From NCBI GenBank assembly GCA_951406725.2, contig OX597836.1, positions 28,272,001 to 28,336,000 on the forward strand: a DNA stretch of 64,000 nt, given 5' to 3'. Shown piece by piece: positions 14,838 through 27,624 of the stretch; position 1 is the first letter of the stretch, and every line of letters begins with the position of its first letter. The notes beneath the pieces were generated by a model. It was not told the origin of the DNA, did not search any database, and was given only the letters and a program-made list of their open reading frames with translations. Source of the stretch: Octopus vulgaris. Lineage: Eukaryota. Made by a program: the position numbers and the translations under genes.

Positions 14838-16057
14838 GTGGGATTTTCATAAATTTTTTTTTGCGGGGTGGGGGTCTTTTATTTATTCATCTTTTTATTT
14901 TTTAGGTTTCAGTCTTTCAACTGCTGCTCAGGTGGGGCCACCACCTTGAAGAGTTTCAGCCATACAAATCAACCCCAACACTTATGATTTTTTAAGCCTG
15001 GTACTTACTCTATCATTCTCTTTTTGTTGAACCACCAAGTCACAGGGTCATAAACAAATTAACACCAATTGTAAAGTGATGGGAAACAAACAAGTACACA
15101 TACAATGGGCTTCTTTCATCTACCAAATCCATTCGCATGGCTTTGGTTGGCTCAGGGCTATAGTAGAAAACACTTGCCCAAGGTACCATGCTGTGGGACT
15201 GAACCTGGAAACATGTGTTTGAGAAGCAAATTTCTTGCCACACAGCCACTTCTAAATTTAGAGGCAGTTAATGCTTTCTTTTATTTTGAAAATCTATCTG
15301 CATAGACAGAGAGTGAGAGAGAAACCGAGGTAAACATGTGCATGAAGGGGGAGACACACACGCGCACGCATGCACACACGACACACACACACAGCCTTTT
15401 CATTTGTCCATAAAAGCCAATGATCAAGCTTATATATGGTCTCTCAACTTGCTTGAAATAGTAACCAAATTTCCCTCAGATAACACCTTCCTATCTTACC
15501 AAGAAAAAAAAGATACATTGGATAACACTGTACTAAATACAAAATCTCTTATTATAAAAGGCAGATTTTATCTGCCTCCCTTTGGGAGTTATACAAATCT
15601 ACAATATAGGATTTCTTCAATTACAATTTACCTGGCATTTTTGAGAGTACAATGCATCGCGTCATGCCAGGTCCAGTTTTTAAAATTTAAACTCCAATTA
15701 AGCAAAATTTACAGAAAACTCACATTCTGGTGTGTGTGTCAAATGCTTTTCTTAGTCTGGTTTACACCACACGCAAACGCACACACACAGTGGGCAACGA
15801 ATAAAATGAAAGTAAATAGCGACAGTGATTTGAGGAAGACTAAAGTGAAAGTATTCTGTCTATGACGCTGATAGATACATGAGTAAAATGTATGGGAAGC
15901 TAAGAGCTAAGAGTGAGTGAAAATGTTCTTGGAAGAGAGTAATTAGTAATAAAGTAAACATACACTCATCATACATACATACATACATACATACATACAT
16001 ACATACACATACACACACACATACATACACACACACATACATACATACACACATACA

Positions 16058-16089
<32 letters not shown>

Positions 16090-16299
16090 CATACATACAT
16101 ACACACACACAAAAACACACACACAGTATTGAAGCTTGAGAACAATCAGATACATTTGCAACACATCTGTTGAAAATATTATTGTTCACACACATACATA
16201 TACATATATACATACAGACAGACAGACAGATAGACACACACACACACACACACACACATGATCCAGCATGGCCACAACCTCAAGGCTGAAACATATAAA

Positions 16300-16680
16300 A
16301 GAATAACAGAATATAAATGTGTGCAAAGTACAAGAAATATTAATGCAGTATATGGGGATTGGACAATAAGCGTAAGGCAGTGTCAATGGTGGTTCCAGAA
16401 ATCCCGAGCCATAAACTACAGCCTAGAAGACGAGCCTCATCCTGAAAGATCTGTAGAACTCGACAAGGACATCCTGAAAACCCTGGTGGAACAAAATATC
16501 ATCGTAACTGTTGAGGAACTAGCAGAGAAGCTTGGATTTGGTCATTCAACCATTCATTGACACCTGTGTGCTATCGGAAAAGTCAGCAAATTGGGTCAAT
16601 GGGTTCCTCACGAACTTTCCGAGTCTAATTGCATGCAGAGAGTGAATGTATGCTTTTCTTTGCTGTCACATCTCACCACT
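16300..16680 (+). mobile_element. mariner transposase N-terminal fragment
   Basis: ISVRQCQWWFQK...LEDEPH..R...D.D.LK.LVEQN...TVEELAEKLG is a mariner double HTH; stop codons follow. Confidence 0.8.
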
Positions 16681-16695
16681 ACTGCGCTATGTATA

Positions 16696-17331
16696 TCTAT
16701 ATATATAAAACTGTAGTTGTGTGAGTGTCTGTCCCCTTCGATTTAGATTCCTAACTACTCCCACATTTTGCGGTACAGTTTAACCAAATTCGGGTAGCTT
16801 ATAGTCGTGATTCATATCGAGCCCGTCTGAATATTAGCGCGCGTCTACGATGAGTCTACGATTTAAAAAATAATTGAACATCATTTTTTATTCCATTTTA
16901 ATGCATAATTTTTCGTGTGTCGATGGCGGCGGAGTTGGCGTCCACGCTCACACCTGCACCTGTGGGGAAGGGAGTGTAAGGAAATCAACGTCGTAATGCG
17001 TTGTCAAGGAGACCAGTGTTCTTTTAGAACAACGACTTCATGGCTTGAAGACACCAAAACAGAAATGGCTAAGAAAGCGTCTACATGAGTCTACGATTTT
17101 AAAAAAATTTACCATCGTTTTTTTTCCATTTTAATGCATTTTTTCGCTATTATATAAGGGAAGTAACTCTCTAAAAATGTCTACGATGAGTCAACGATTT
17201 TCAAAAAAATTTACCATCATATTTTTTCCATTTTTAATGCATTTTTTGCTATTTTTTGGCTATAACTCTCTAAAAATGCTTATATAGTTATTTCCCTTAC
17301 AAACCCGAGCAACGCCGGGCGATACTGCTAG
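16696..17331 (+). mobile_element. non-autonomous Helitron
   Basis: A|TC start, subterminal CCCGAGCAACGCCGGG hairpin, CTAG|T end, no TSD. Confidence 0.85.
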
Positions 17332-17892
17332 TATCAGAGAAAAAGACAGAATGGTCATGAGTGGAATGTCTTTAATCAAAGGTGAACTTTATTTATTTTT
17401 GTTTTCAATTTCTAAACATGTGTGGAAGTTTGTTAAAAATAATTGTACACTCCTTTATATTTCTAAATTGTTCGTTTAAATCTTTATCTTTTCTTGTTTC
17501 AAATATAATTTTCCCAGAGCTTATATTGAATGTGTTGGCATTCAGATTTCTCTGTCAAATCTAATGCTTATTTATTCTCATCATTTTGTATTAATCCTGC
17601 ATTATCTCATAGCTTCGAAATTCCTATGATGTGATTGTTTATCTTTAGAATGACATTGTAGAGTAGGTGTGAGAGACCAGATCTGGTTGGGATGGATGTA
17701 AAACAGACAGAATATTTAGGCCATCCATGACCAGTTTAAATGCTAAAGTGTTGAGCTTTAAAAGTCCTTAACTGCAGTTAAGGACTTTAAAAGTCCTTAA
17801 CTTTTTCTCTTACCCTTTATTTCTCCTTTTGATTTACTGTTCCATTTATTGACCCATATTTACTTTCTTCTCTTTTCTTTCCATTGTTGTAG

Positions 17893-18087
17893 GTCAAGAA
17901 TTAAGACCCAACCATATCGGTATTGTAGGACATAGAGGAGACCCCGATAAGCAGGCGTTTTTGGTCTGCTTTTTCAAGATGAGTCGACAGCTTCATGTAC
18001 GACGAACACGTTCTGCACGGCGGCAAATGGATACTCGTACAGCAGTTTCACGTCGCGATGATTCTCAATCAACATGGAGACGGACAC
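17893..18087 (+). CDS. BMP5-8: BMP5-8 copy A, exon with furin site
   Basis: ttgtAG/GTtagt. GQELRPNHIGIVGHRGDPDKQAFLVCFFKMSRQLHVRRTRSARRQ...WRRT contains the KQ.F.V.FFK motif and an RRTR/S cleavage site. Confidence 0.92.
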
Positions 18088-18315
18088 GTTAGTTATTTAT
18101 TTTCTTTTGCTGTTCTGCTTTGCGGTTACAATCATGTCACAAAAGTCAGGTGGCGGCCCAATGATAACATGTACTACAGTGGAACTAAAAATATTCTGCA
18201 GTCACTAATAATCATTATGTACCAAAGGTTTCATTCAAAGATTGATTGCAATATGTAATAATGTTAATAATAATAATAATAATAATAATAATGATGATGA
18301 TGATGATGATGACGA

Positions 18316-18362
<47 letters not shown>

Positions 18363-18863
18363 ACGGCGACGACGACGACGACAATAAGGCGAGCTGGCAG
18401 AAACGTTTACACACCAGGCGAAATGCTTAGCAGTATTTCATCTGTCTTTACATTCTGAGTTCAAATTTCACCAAGGTCGAATTTGCCTTTCATCCTTTCA
18501 GGGTCGATAAATTAAGTACCAGTTGCATACTGGAGTCAATCTAATCAACTGGCCCCCTTCCCGAAAATTTCAGGCCTTGTGCCTAGAGTAAACGAAAGCA
18601 GCGAACTGGCAGAAATGTTAATTACGCTGGGTGAAATGCTTAGCAGTATTTCGTCTGTCTTTACGTTCTGAGTTCAAATTCCACCGAGGTCGACTTTACC
18701 TTTCATTCTTTCGGGGTTGATAAATTAAGTACCAGTTGCATACCAGGGTCGATGTAATCGACTGACCCCCACTTGCCAAAAATTTCAGGCCTTGTACTTA
18801 GAGTAGAAAAGAATATTGATGTTTTGTTCTACATGCTTCACTCTCTCTGTTCTCTTCTTCTAG

Positions 18864-18931
18864 GACGTTATGTACGACCAGTCTGCCAAAGAAACACAAT
18901 GTATGTTGACTTTGAAGCTTTAGGTTGGCAG
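18864..18931 (+). CDS. BMP5-8: BMP5-8 copy A, start of mature cystine-knot domain
   Basis: ttctAG/GTaagt. RYVRPVCQRNTMYVDFEALGWQ matches the C....LYV.F..LGWQ motif. Confidence 0.93.
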
Positions 18932-20057
18932 GTAAGTCTTTTGTTTCTCTCTGCATTTTGGGTCTGTGTAGGGAAGGAACAATGTCCCTCACCATTTTCG
19001 TTTCTCTTGTTTCTGTCACGTCTCCTCCCTGCCTGAATTAGTGGGAGAGATACTTTAGGTAATGTTGTAAATTAGGAATGTTTCAGTTCAGGTAAGATAT
19101 ATGTTTTTCTACTCTAGGCACAAGGCCCAAAATTTTGGGGGAGGGGGCCAGTTGATTAGATTTATCCCAATACGCCACTGGTACTTAATTTATCAACCCC
19201 AAAAAGATGAAAGGCAAAGTCAACCTCAGCAGAATTTGAACTCAGAACGTAAAGACAGATGAAATATTGCTAAGCATTTTGCCTGGCATGTTAACATTTC
19301 TGCCAGCTCACCCGCTTTACATTGACAAGACTCTAAGCAGAAGGCCCAAAATTTTGGGGGAGGGGCCCAGTTGATTAGATCAACCCTATTATGCAACTGG
19401 TACTTAATTTATCGACCCCAAAAGGATGAAAGGCAAAGTCAACCTCGACAGAATTTAACTCAGAACATAAAAACAGACGAAATACCGCGAAGCATTTCGC
19501 CCGGCATGTTAACATTTCTGCCAGCTTGCCACATTTCATATAAGATATACTGTGTAAGTCCTTGTCTGGTTAAGAATTTTGCTTTGGAACCATGTGGTTT
19601 AGGGGTTCAGTCCTACCATATGGATGCTGTCAAGTTGGCATCCTGAACCGTAACCATGGGTTGAGCAATATTTTGTGAGTGAAATTGGTCGACAGAAACT
19701 AAACGAGTCCATCATATGTATATGCACGTATCTGTGTGTGTGTGTGTGCATGTCTGTATGTGTATGTATCTGTGTTTGTACATGTATGCATCTGCATGTA
19801 TATGTGTACATATCTGTATGCATGTGTATCTATGTATCTGTGTGCGTGTGTGTTTGTGTTTGCATCTATGCATGTCTGTATTTGTGTGTGTATATGTGGC
19901 TGTGTGCATCTATGTAGCTATGTGTGTATCTGAGTGTACACGAATCTGTGTGTCTCACAAATTTATAACCCCTTTCCTATGTAAGTAATCAATTAAAAGA
20001 CGTAATTATTTCTTCATTTGCTTTTTTCTTTATTTTCTCCTTTTTTTTCCCCCGCAG

Positions 20058-20318
20058 AGTTGGATCATTGCACCTGAGGGTTACTCTGCATTCTACTGCG
20101 ACGGCGACTGCATATTTCCTCTCGGTCTGAACATGAACGCCACAAATCATGCCATTGTACAACTTCTGCTTCATACAGTGAAATCTCAGACAATGCCTAA
20201 GCCCTGCTGTTCCCCTACCAAACTGAGTGCCATCTCTGTGCTCTACTTTGATGATAATTCCAATGTCATTCTCAAGAAATATCGAAGTATGAAGGTGAAG
20301 GCTTGTGGCTGTCACTAG
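20058..20318 (+). CDS. BMP5-8: BMP5-8 copy A, terminal exon (mature domain)
   Basis: ccgcAG acceptor. [22 protein letters not shown]...[10 protein letters not shown]...[40 protein letters not shown]; the [17 protein letters not shown] segment is typical of BMP5/6/7/8/Gbb. Confidence 0.96.
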   Translation, partial: SWIIAPEGYSAFYCDGDCIFPLGLNMNATNHAIVQLLLHTVKSQTMPKPCCSPTKLSAISVLYFDDNSNVILKKYRSMKVKACGCH

Positions 20319-20704
20319 TGTTCACCTCATACCTCTACGTCTTGTAAGACTGTATTGCACACACACACATTCATTGGACTCCTGCTAGCCGAAAGACATT
20401 GATGCATGTGTGCATGGGACGGCTGAGTGCACTTGCAATGCCACTGTCCTGTTTTTTATTTTTCTTTTGCGTTTTCAATTTGGGTGTGCAACAAATATTG
20501 CACATTTGCAGGTATCAGGATTTAGTATTTTTTTATGTACAGTCTCTATGGACATATGATGAATGAACGTGTATGGCTGTGTGTGTGAGTATGGCTCTGT
20601 GTGTGAGTGTGTGTATGCTTGTATATATCTGTATACCTCTTTCAATTCATGTTACAGTTGGTGAGGTCCTCAAGAATACTGCTGAAAACAGTAAAATGCA
20701 AAAA

Positions 20705-20710
20705 AATAAA
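20705..20710 (+). promoter_or_regulatory. candidate polyadenylation signal of BMP copy A
   Basis: AATAAA about 390 nt after the stop codon, just past the end of homology with copy B. A-rich context, so the call is weak. Confidence 0.35.
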
Positions 20711-20896
20711 CTATACACATGCCTATACTCATAGGCGCAGGAGTGGCTATGTGGTAAGTAGCTTGCTTATGAACCACATGGTTCCGGGTTCAGTCCCACT
20801 GCGTAGCACCTTGGGCAAGTGTCTTCTACTATACCCTCGGGCCAACCAAAGCCTTGTGAGTGGATTTGGTAGACAGAAATTGAAAGAAGCCAGTCG

Positions 20897-20941
<45 letters not shown>

Positions 20942-21852
20942 ATGTTTGTGTATTTGTGTTTGTACCCCCAACATTGCTTGACAACCGATGCTGGTGTGTT
21001 TACATCCCCGTAACTTAATGGTTCGGCAAAAGAGACCGATAGAATAAGTACTAGGCTTACAAAGAATAAGTCCTGGGGTCGATTTGCTCGACTAGAGGCG
21101 ATGCTCCAGCATGGCCACAATCAAATGACTGAAACAAGTAGAAGAGATACCACACACTCACACTACACATATACACTCTCACACCTTCATACACACATGT
21201 ATATACATACCATATGGACTTACATTTTCTGGTCACAAAAACAGGGTTTAACTGCTGTAAAGAACATCAAGAACAAAAACAAGTCTGCCTCAAAATAAGA
21301 AAAACAAACCTTTTTTATTTGTAAATAATTAAATAATTAATTACCTTCCCTGCCACTTCACCACCTCAACCTCTTTGTTTTTATTTCTGTATCATCTTAA
21401 TTGTTTAATTGCTAAAAACTTTGTAATATTAAAGTCTTTAACAAACAGAAGACCTTAGACATGAGGGACAGATATGGCTAATTAAATCAGCCTCCAATAT
21501 TCAAGTATTAGCTAAAGATAACCCCATACACAATAGACGAACTTTTGATCACCTGGTCTTTCAAACAGGTTGTGGAAATTTTAGGAACACTACAAAATGT
21601 GGCTATGTAGTAGGAATACAGTTCTATATCTAAGAGATGAGGAATTATGTACATCATCATCGTTTAACTGTTTTCCATGCTAGCATGGGTTGGACGGTTT
21701 GACCGGGGTCTGGGAAGCCAGGGGGCTGCACCAGGCTCCAGTCTGATCTGGCAGTGTTGTTACAGCTGGATGCCCTACCTAATGCCAACCACTCCATGAG
21801 TGTAGTGGGTGCTTTTTACGTGCCACCGGCAGTCCTCATCTTGTTTGTTGTT

Positions 21853-21895
21853 AACACGTTTTGGCTGATATACCCTCCAGCTTTCATCAGGTGTC
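21853..21895 (-). ncRNA. decayed Penelope-type hammerhead motif
   Basis: Minus strand reads gacac-CTGATGA-aagctgg agggtata tcagcc-AAAAC-gtgtt, with the GAAAC box mutated. Confidence 0.4.
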
Positions 21896-24800
21896 ATGGG
21901 GAAATTTCGAACTTGGGTTCTCATTCTTAAGGTATTTTTCAGGTCACTGCTTGAAATCGAACTCAGAATCTTGGGGGTTAGTAGCTCGTGCTCTTAACAT
22001 GGGCATATGGCATAGTGGTTAAGAGCATGGGCTACTAACCCCAAGATTCCGAATTCGATTCCAAGCAGTGACCTGAATAATAATAATAATAATAATAATA
22101 TATTTCTTTATTGCCCACAAGGGGCTAAACAGAGAGGGGACAAACAAGGACAGACAAAGGGATTAAGTCGATTACATCAACCCCAGTGCGAAACTGGTAC
22201 TTTATTTATCGACCTCAAAAGGATGACGGGCAAAGTCAACCTCGGCGGAATTTGAACTGAATAATAATAATAATAGTAACATAGAAAAATACCTTAGGAA
22301 TGAGAACCCAGGTTTGAAATTTCCCCAAGACACTTGGTGAAGGCTGGAGATGAGGACAAATATCCGTCAAATGTAAATAATATAAATAATGTGTAGTAGG
22401 AAGTTTGCTTCCCAACCACAAGGTATACATATATCATCATCGTTATCATCTAATGCCTGCTTTCCATGCTGGCATGGGTTGGACGGTTTGACTGAAAACT
22501 GGTAAGCTGGGAACTGCACCAGGTTCCAATCTGATTTGGCAAGGTTTCTACTTCTGAATGCCCCTTTTCTACAGCTAGGAAGGGCATCCAGCTGTAGAAA
22601 CCATGCCAAATCACATTGGAACCTGGTGATCTGTGCATGCATGTCTTTGTGTCTGTCCCCCACCACCACCTCTACCTATTTCTTTATTACCCACAAGGGG
22701 CTAAACAAGGACAGACATAGGTATTAAGTCAATTACATAAACCCCAGTGCGTAACTGGTACTTAATTTATCGACCCCGAAAGGATGAAAGGCAAAGTCGA
22801 CCTCGGCAGAATTTGAACTCAGAACGTAACAGCAGATGAAATACCGCTAAGCATTTCGCCCAGCGAGCTAACGATTCTACCAGCCCACCACCACCTCTAC
22901 CGCTTGACAACCATTGTTGGTGTGTTTATGTCCCCTTAATTTAGTGGTTCAGCAAAAGATTTCAATAGAATAAGTACCAGGCTTTAAAAAATATAAGCCG
23001 CGGGGTCAATTTGTTCGACCAATACCCTTCAAGGCAGTGCCCCAGCATGGCCACTGAAATATGTAAAAGGTAAAAGAATAAACCTGTGGGAGATTTTACT
23101 GCATTGTTCTTGGAGGTGAATGGCTTAGTGGTTCCAGTGTTGGACTCATGAGTGTAAGATTGTGGTTTCAATTCCTGGACTGGGCAATGCATTGTGTTCT
23201 TGAGCAAAACACTTCATTTCACACTGCTCCTGTCCACTCAGCTGGGAAAATTGAGTAATCCTGTGATGAACTTGTGAAGATATATGCCACAGAATCCAGG
23301 AAACCAATTCTATGAATCTGTATGACTCAGGAAATACCTTTTTTTTTGGCCTTGTAATATACCATTGCTGCAACTTTACAAAATCAATTTACTGCTGCTA
23401 CCTTTATCTGCCAAGTAATTTTTCAGCATGCCAGGCGAAATGCTTAACGGTATTTCGTCTGCCACTACATTCTGAGTTCAAATTCCACCAAGGTCAACTT
23501 TGCCTTTCATCCTTTCAGGGTCGATTAAATAAGTACCAGTTACGCACTGAGGTCGATATAATCGACTTAATCCGTTTGTCTGTCCTCTCCTCTCTGTGTT
23601 TAGCTCCTTATGGGTAGTAAAGAAATAGGTATTTCGTCTGCCGTTATGTTCTGAGTTCAAATTCCACCAAGGTTGACTTTGCCTTTCATCTTTTTGGGGT
23701 CAATTAAATAAGTATCAGTTACGCACTGGGGTTGATGTAATCAACTTAACCCCTTTGTCCTTGTTTGTCCCTCTATGTTTAGCCCCTTGTTGGCAATAAA
23801 GAAATAAGAAGCTTGCTTTCCGACCACATGGTTCTGGGTTCAGTCCCACTGTGTAGGGACTTTGAGCAAGTATCCTCGACTACAGCCTCAGGCTGACCAA
23901 AGCCTTGTGAGTGGATTTGGTAGACAGAAACTGAATCTTTTATGAAAAGAATTTTGGTCTGGGACACCCATCAATTTGACTGGCACTGCAATTGTCTATA
24001 GGACCTGTGACCATTGAGAAAAAAATTAGCAATGAAATGACAAGCAAAAATTAAACAAGTCCAACAGTCAACAAAAATTTATTAAACCAAGTCAATCAAA
24101 AGTTTAAATAAGGAAAGAGCAGAGTAGTTAATCCATTCTCAAGAAAGTGTTCAGGTCATTAGATGTCTTTTATAACTGTTATCCAAGTGTTACTAAAAAA
24201 TGTTCTCCAGATGGAAACAGCAAGCTTATATTTTTCTCATTTTTCTGTTACCACATACATACATATATATATATATGTATATATAAATATAATGTGAGTG
24301 GGTGATTCACAGTTATATAACCTAAAGGCAAAAATATATACATCATTGAACAAGGAGACTAATCAGCACAAATATTGCTAGAAATAAGAGTCGAAACAAC
24401 TCAACAGCACACACACACATACGTATTTACACACACACACACACACATATTAACAGTTGAAAACAAAATAAATATTTGGAATGCTTATAAGTAACAATCT
24501 ATGAAAACTAATCAAAATAGCTTGTAATTTTAAATCATTGGCTACATTTGAAACTCTCTACAGATGAGCTCTAGGGCCATATTAAAGGATTCTTTTTCAG
24601 ATTCCAATGATTTCAGAATCAGAAAGATACATGCTAGTGAAATCACCACCACCATCATTATCATCATCAAGACCAACACAAAATTCAGCATCTTCGCAAT
24701 ATGAGATCCAGAATATTGATGCATCAGCATCATCTCGTTTTAATATCCACTTTTCCATGCTTGCATGGGTCGGACGGAGTTAATTGAGGCAAATCTTTTA

Positions 24801-26269
24801 CAGTAGGATGCCCTTCCTGTCACCAACCATTACCCATTAAACAAGCAAGGTAACATTACCAGTAACACTACTTGTATGACTGTGACTGACAATCATTTAT
24901 AACAGTGATTCTCAACCATTTTTTTACCTATGGACCCCTTTGATTAGTATTTTATTCTGGTGGACCTGCACTCCACTCCCATAGCCATTAGATGTTTTAA
25001 AACTAATTTTATAGATACTCCTTTCAAAATTCCTAATTTGTTATTCACTTGCGTAGGTTGAACGATTTAAAATTTCAGAGGAAAAAATTTATCTGTTTCT
25101 TGCAATAAATTATCTAAAGCAATTTTTTCATGAACCTTTAAAATATTACTGTGGCTCTTCAATTTACTATTTTGCTTGCTTTGACCCCCAAAAATCTTAT
25201 ATGGACCCCTGGTTCAGAACCATTGATTTACAACCATCCCAGAATGTTAAGACAGCAAGACACAAACACACACTATCAAATCCACCGACCTGTTTCAGTC
25301 CTCGGCTGTAACCATTTCATTTATATAGGCTTATTAATGTCATATGTTGTTAAAAATAGAAGGACCACCATTGATTGAGAAAGTGGAATTAAAATAAATT
25401 AATTAGTTTAATTGGTTAAGTTAGCAAATTACAAAGAAATAAAATAGATGTCCAATTATATGTTCTTGGTTCACGACAGATTCAGTCCCACTGCATGGTA
25501 CCTGAGGCATGTGTTGATTACAATAATCTCATGCTGGCCTATGCTTTGTGAGTAGAATGTGTGTATGTGCATAGGCTTGGCTGTGTGATAAGAAGCTTGC
25601 TTCCCAACCACATGGGTCTGGGTTCAGTCCCATTGCGTGGTACCTTGGGCAAGTGTCTTCTACTACAGTCTCGGGTCAACCAAAGCCTCATGAGTGGAGT
25701 TGGTAGACAGAAATTGAAAAAAGGCTCTTTGTAAATATGTGTGTCTGTGTTTGTCCTCCCATCACTACTTGACAACCAGTGTTGGTGTGTTTACATCCCC
25801 ATGGTTCAGTGAAGGAGACCAATAGAAGAATAAGTATTAGGCTTTCAAAACTAAGTCCTGGGGTCGATTTGTACAACTAAAACCCTTCAGGGCAGTGCTC
25901 TAGCATGGCCGCGCTCAGATGACTGATACAAGTAAAAGAATGTGTGTGTGCATACAGAAAAAGAGAGAGATATACATATACACATTTGTGTGTGCCAGCT
26001 TAAAATGGTGTTGTGTTGCAGAATGCTAAAGCATAATTTCATTTGATAAATAGAGAACAGTAAATACCAGGTTGAAATAAGGGCGAGAAGGGGTATGTTC
26101 GTTCTAGTGAAGACTATAATATTTCTACATCTAGAGACATTTACAAAATTTGTACATACATAAGTTAATTTATACATACATCAGCATATATACAACTTGA
26201 TTTGTACAGCTAATCATACAAAATAATGAACTGATTAAAAGTAAAACTACACACATACAGAGAATGTCC

Positions 26270-27553
26270 TCAGTAGTCGTAACTGGCGACGGTTGGCATG
26301 ACACCATAGGCAAGATCAGTCCGTATCTGCCATCGAAGAGAATGTCTCGGGTTTTGTGAGGGTATCACATAATTATTGGGCACGAAAGTTTTCCGTGGAC
26401 GGCTTCCTATGACGTCGTGTTTGGCAATTTTCTCTTTAATGCTCCACCGAAGGGCGTTGTGATTATTTTCACCGGGAGGCTTGTGCAAGTTCCAGTAGTT
26501 CTGAAATTCATGGAACCGACTCACGGGGTCTGTCTTTCTGTTTTTCTTCAACCTCGGCGGTGTCGGAGTGACTATAATCGTGGACTTGGGCCGGCTATCA
26601 CAGGAACTTGGAGATCTCGGATAGAAATAGCCGTCTCTATTTGTTATCTCACTCAGACGATTCTGGTACTCAGCGGGGTCAGCGATACTGCTACAGCAAC
26701 TGCCACAGACACTACTACTACTGCTACTGATACTACACACAGATTCACTTTCGTCGACGTAACGTTTACCATCGGGGCCTTTGCGAGACACCTTCCTTTT
26801 GGTAACAAAAGTGTTTAGCAGTGGAGGTTTTTCGGTGTCGGTGGAGGCAATTTGTGATGGTTTGGAGACCGATACTTGTGATGAGAGGGAGGAGGAAGAT
26901 GACGAAGGTACAACTTGACGAGACCAAGCGTTTTCTTTGTTCTTGGGATGATCAAAACTATTTACCTGGTTTGGCTGCAGAACGTTTGTTCTGGTGAAAG
27001 TTCGAAGGAGATTCTCCTGCTTTTCATATTCCGTTTCCGATTCATTAGTCAGTGGCTGTTGAGTGTATGTGTATTGATGGTTGAGTGTCATACCCGAGTG
27101 ACCATCCACCTTATTGGCACTGTTGAACAATTGACAGCTTCTATAAGCAACGTGTTCGTAACTTTCAACTGTATTCTGGGGCCGATTGTGAGAAACGGTA
27201 ACAGACGACGGCTCCATGGAATTAACAGAACAATAATTACCTGTGTGAGTTAGATATGACTTAGCATCTTCAACGTTCTCGGCAGCTGGTGATGTGAACG
27301 TTGGAGAAGTTATAGAAAAGGGTGCAGGAGGGGACGACGAAGACAAGTTTGGGCAAGTGACCGGTGAGTTACTGGAAGAAGGGGAAATTGTAGTGGATTT
27401 ATCAACATTCTGAAGTGAATTGTAACTACTTTCTTTCATCAAATTTAGAATATCTTCTCGAAATTCACGCAAAGTACTCTGGTCGATATCCTTAATCCCA
27501 AATCGCGCAAGTTCGTTTCTTATTTCTTCTTCTGAAAATTCAAACGAAGCCAT
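26270..27553 (-). CDS. HYLS1: HYLS1 (hydrolethalus syndrome protein 1) homolog, single coding exon, 427 aa
   Basis: ATG at 27553. N-terminal FSEEEIRNELARFG helix, Ser/Pro-rich linker, and a C-terminal HYLS1 box KTDPVSRFHEFQNYW...PGE..H.ALRW.I...PNNYVIP....R.SLRW.IR.DLA matching the known HYLS1_C pattern. Confidence 0.92.
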   Translation of the reverse strand: MASFEFSEEEIRNELARFGIKDIDQSTLREFREDILNLMKESSYNSLQNVDKSTTISPSSSNSPVTCPNLSSSSPPAPFSITSPTFTSPAAENVEDAKSYLTHTGNYCSVNSMEPSSVTVSHNRPQNTVESYEHVAYRSCQLFNSANKVDGHSGMTLNHQYTYTQQPLTNESETEYEKQENLLRTFTRTNVLQPNQVNSFDHPKNKENAWSRQVVPSSSSSSLSSQVSVSKPSQIASTDTEKPPLLNTFVTKRKVSRKGPDGKRYVDESESVCSISSSSSSVCGSCCSSIADPAEYQNRLSEITNRDGYFYPRSPSSCDSRPKSTIIVTPTPPRLKKNRKTDPVSRFHEFQNYWNLHKPPGENNHNALRWSIKEKIAKHDVIGSRPRKTFVPNNYVIPSQNPRHSLRWQIRTDLAYGVMPTVASYDY

Positions 27554-27611
27554 TTTCAAATATTTTTGTTGTTAGTTACTAACGCCACCTGGTGTTAGCA
27601 TCAGTAAGTTA

Positions 27612-27624
27612 GTTTCTAAGCAAC
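27612..27624. promoter_or_regulatory. RFX X-box-like motif upstream of HYLS1
   Basis: GTTTCT-A-AGCAAC fits GTYNCY-N(0-3)-RGYAAC and lies about 60 bp upstream of the HYLS1 ATG. Confidence 0.6.

Noticed and set aside
15338-15865. 175-aa ORF in a BMP intron
   Set aside because: No homologous motif, partly repeat-derived, and not needed for the phase-consistent gene model.
22005-22070. tRNA gene
   Set aside because: A/B boxes are present but there is no proper acceptor stem; it is a SINE head, like the many other tRNA-like matches in the window.
26417-27253. Plus-strand ORFs of 133 and 112 aa
   Set aside because: Antisense shadows of the HYLS1 CDS with no recognisable motifs.
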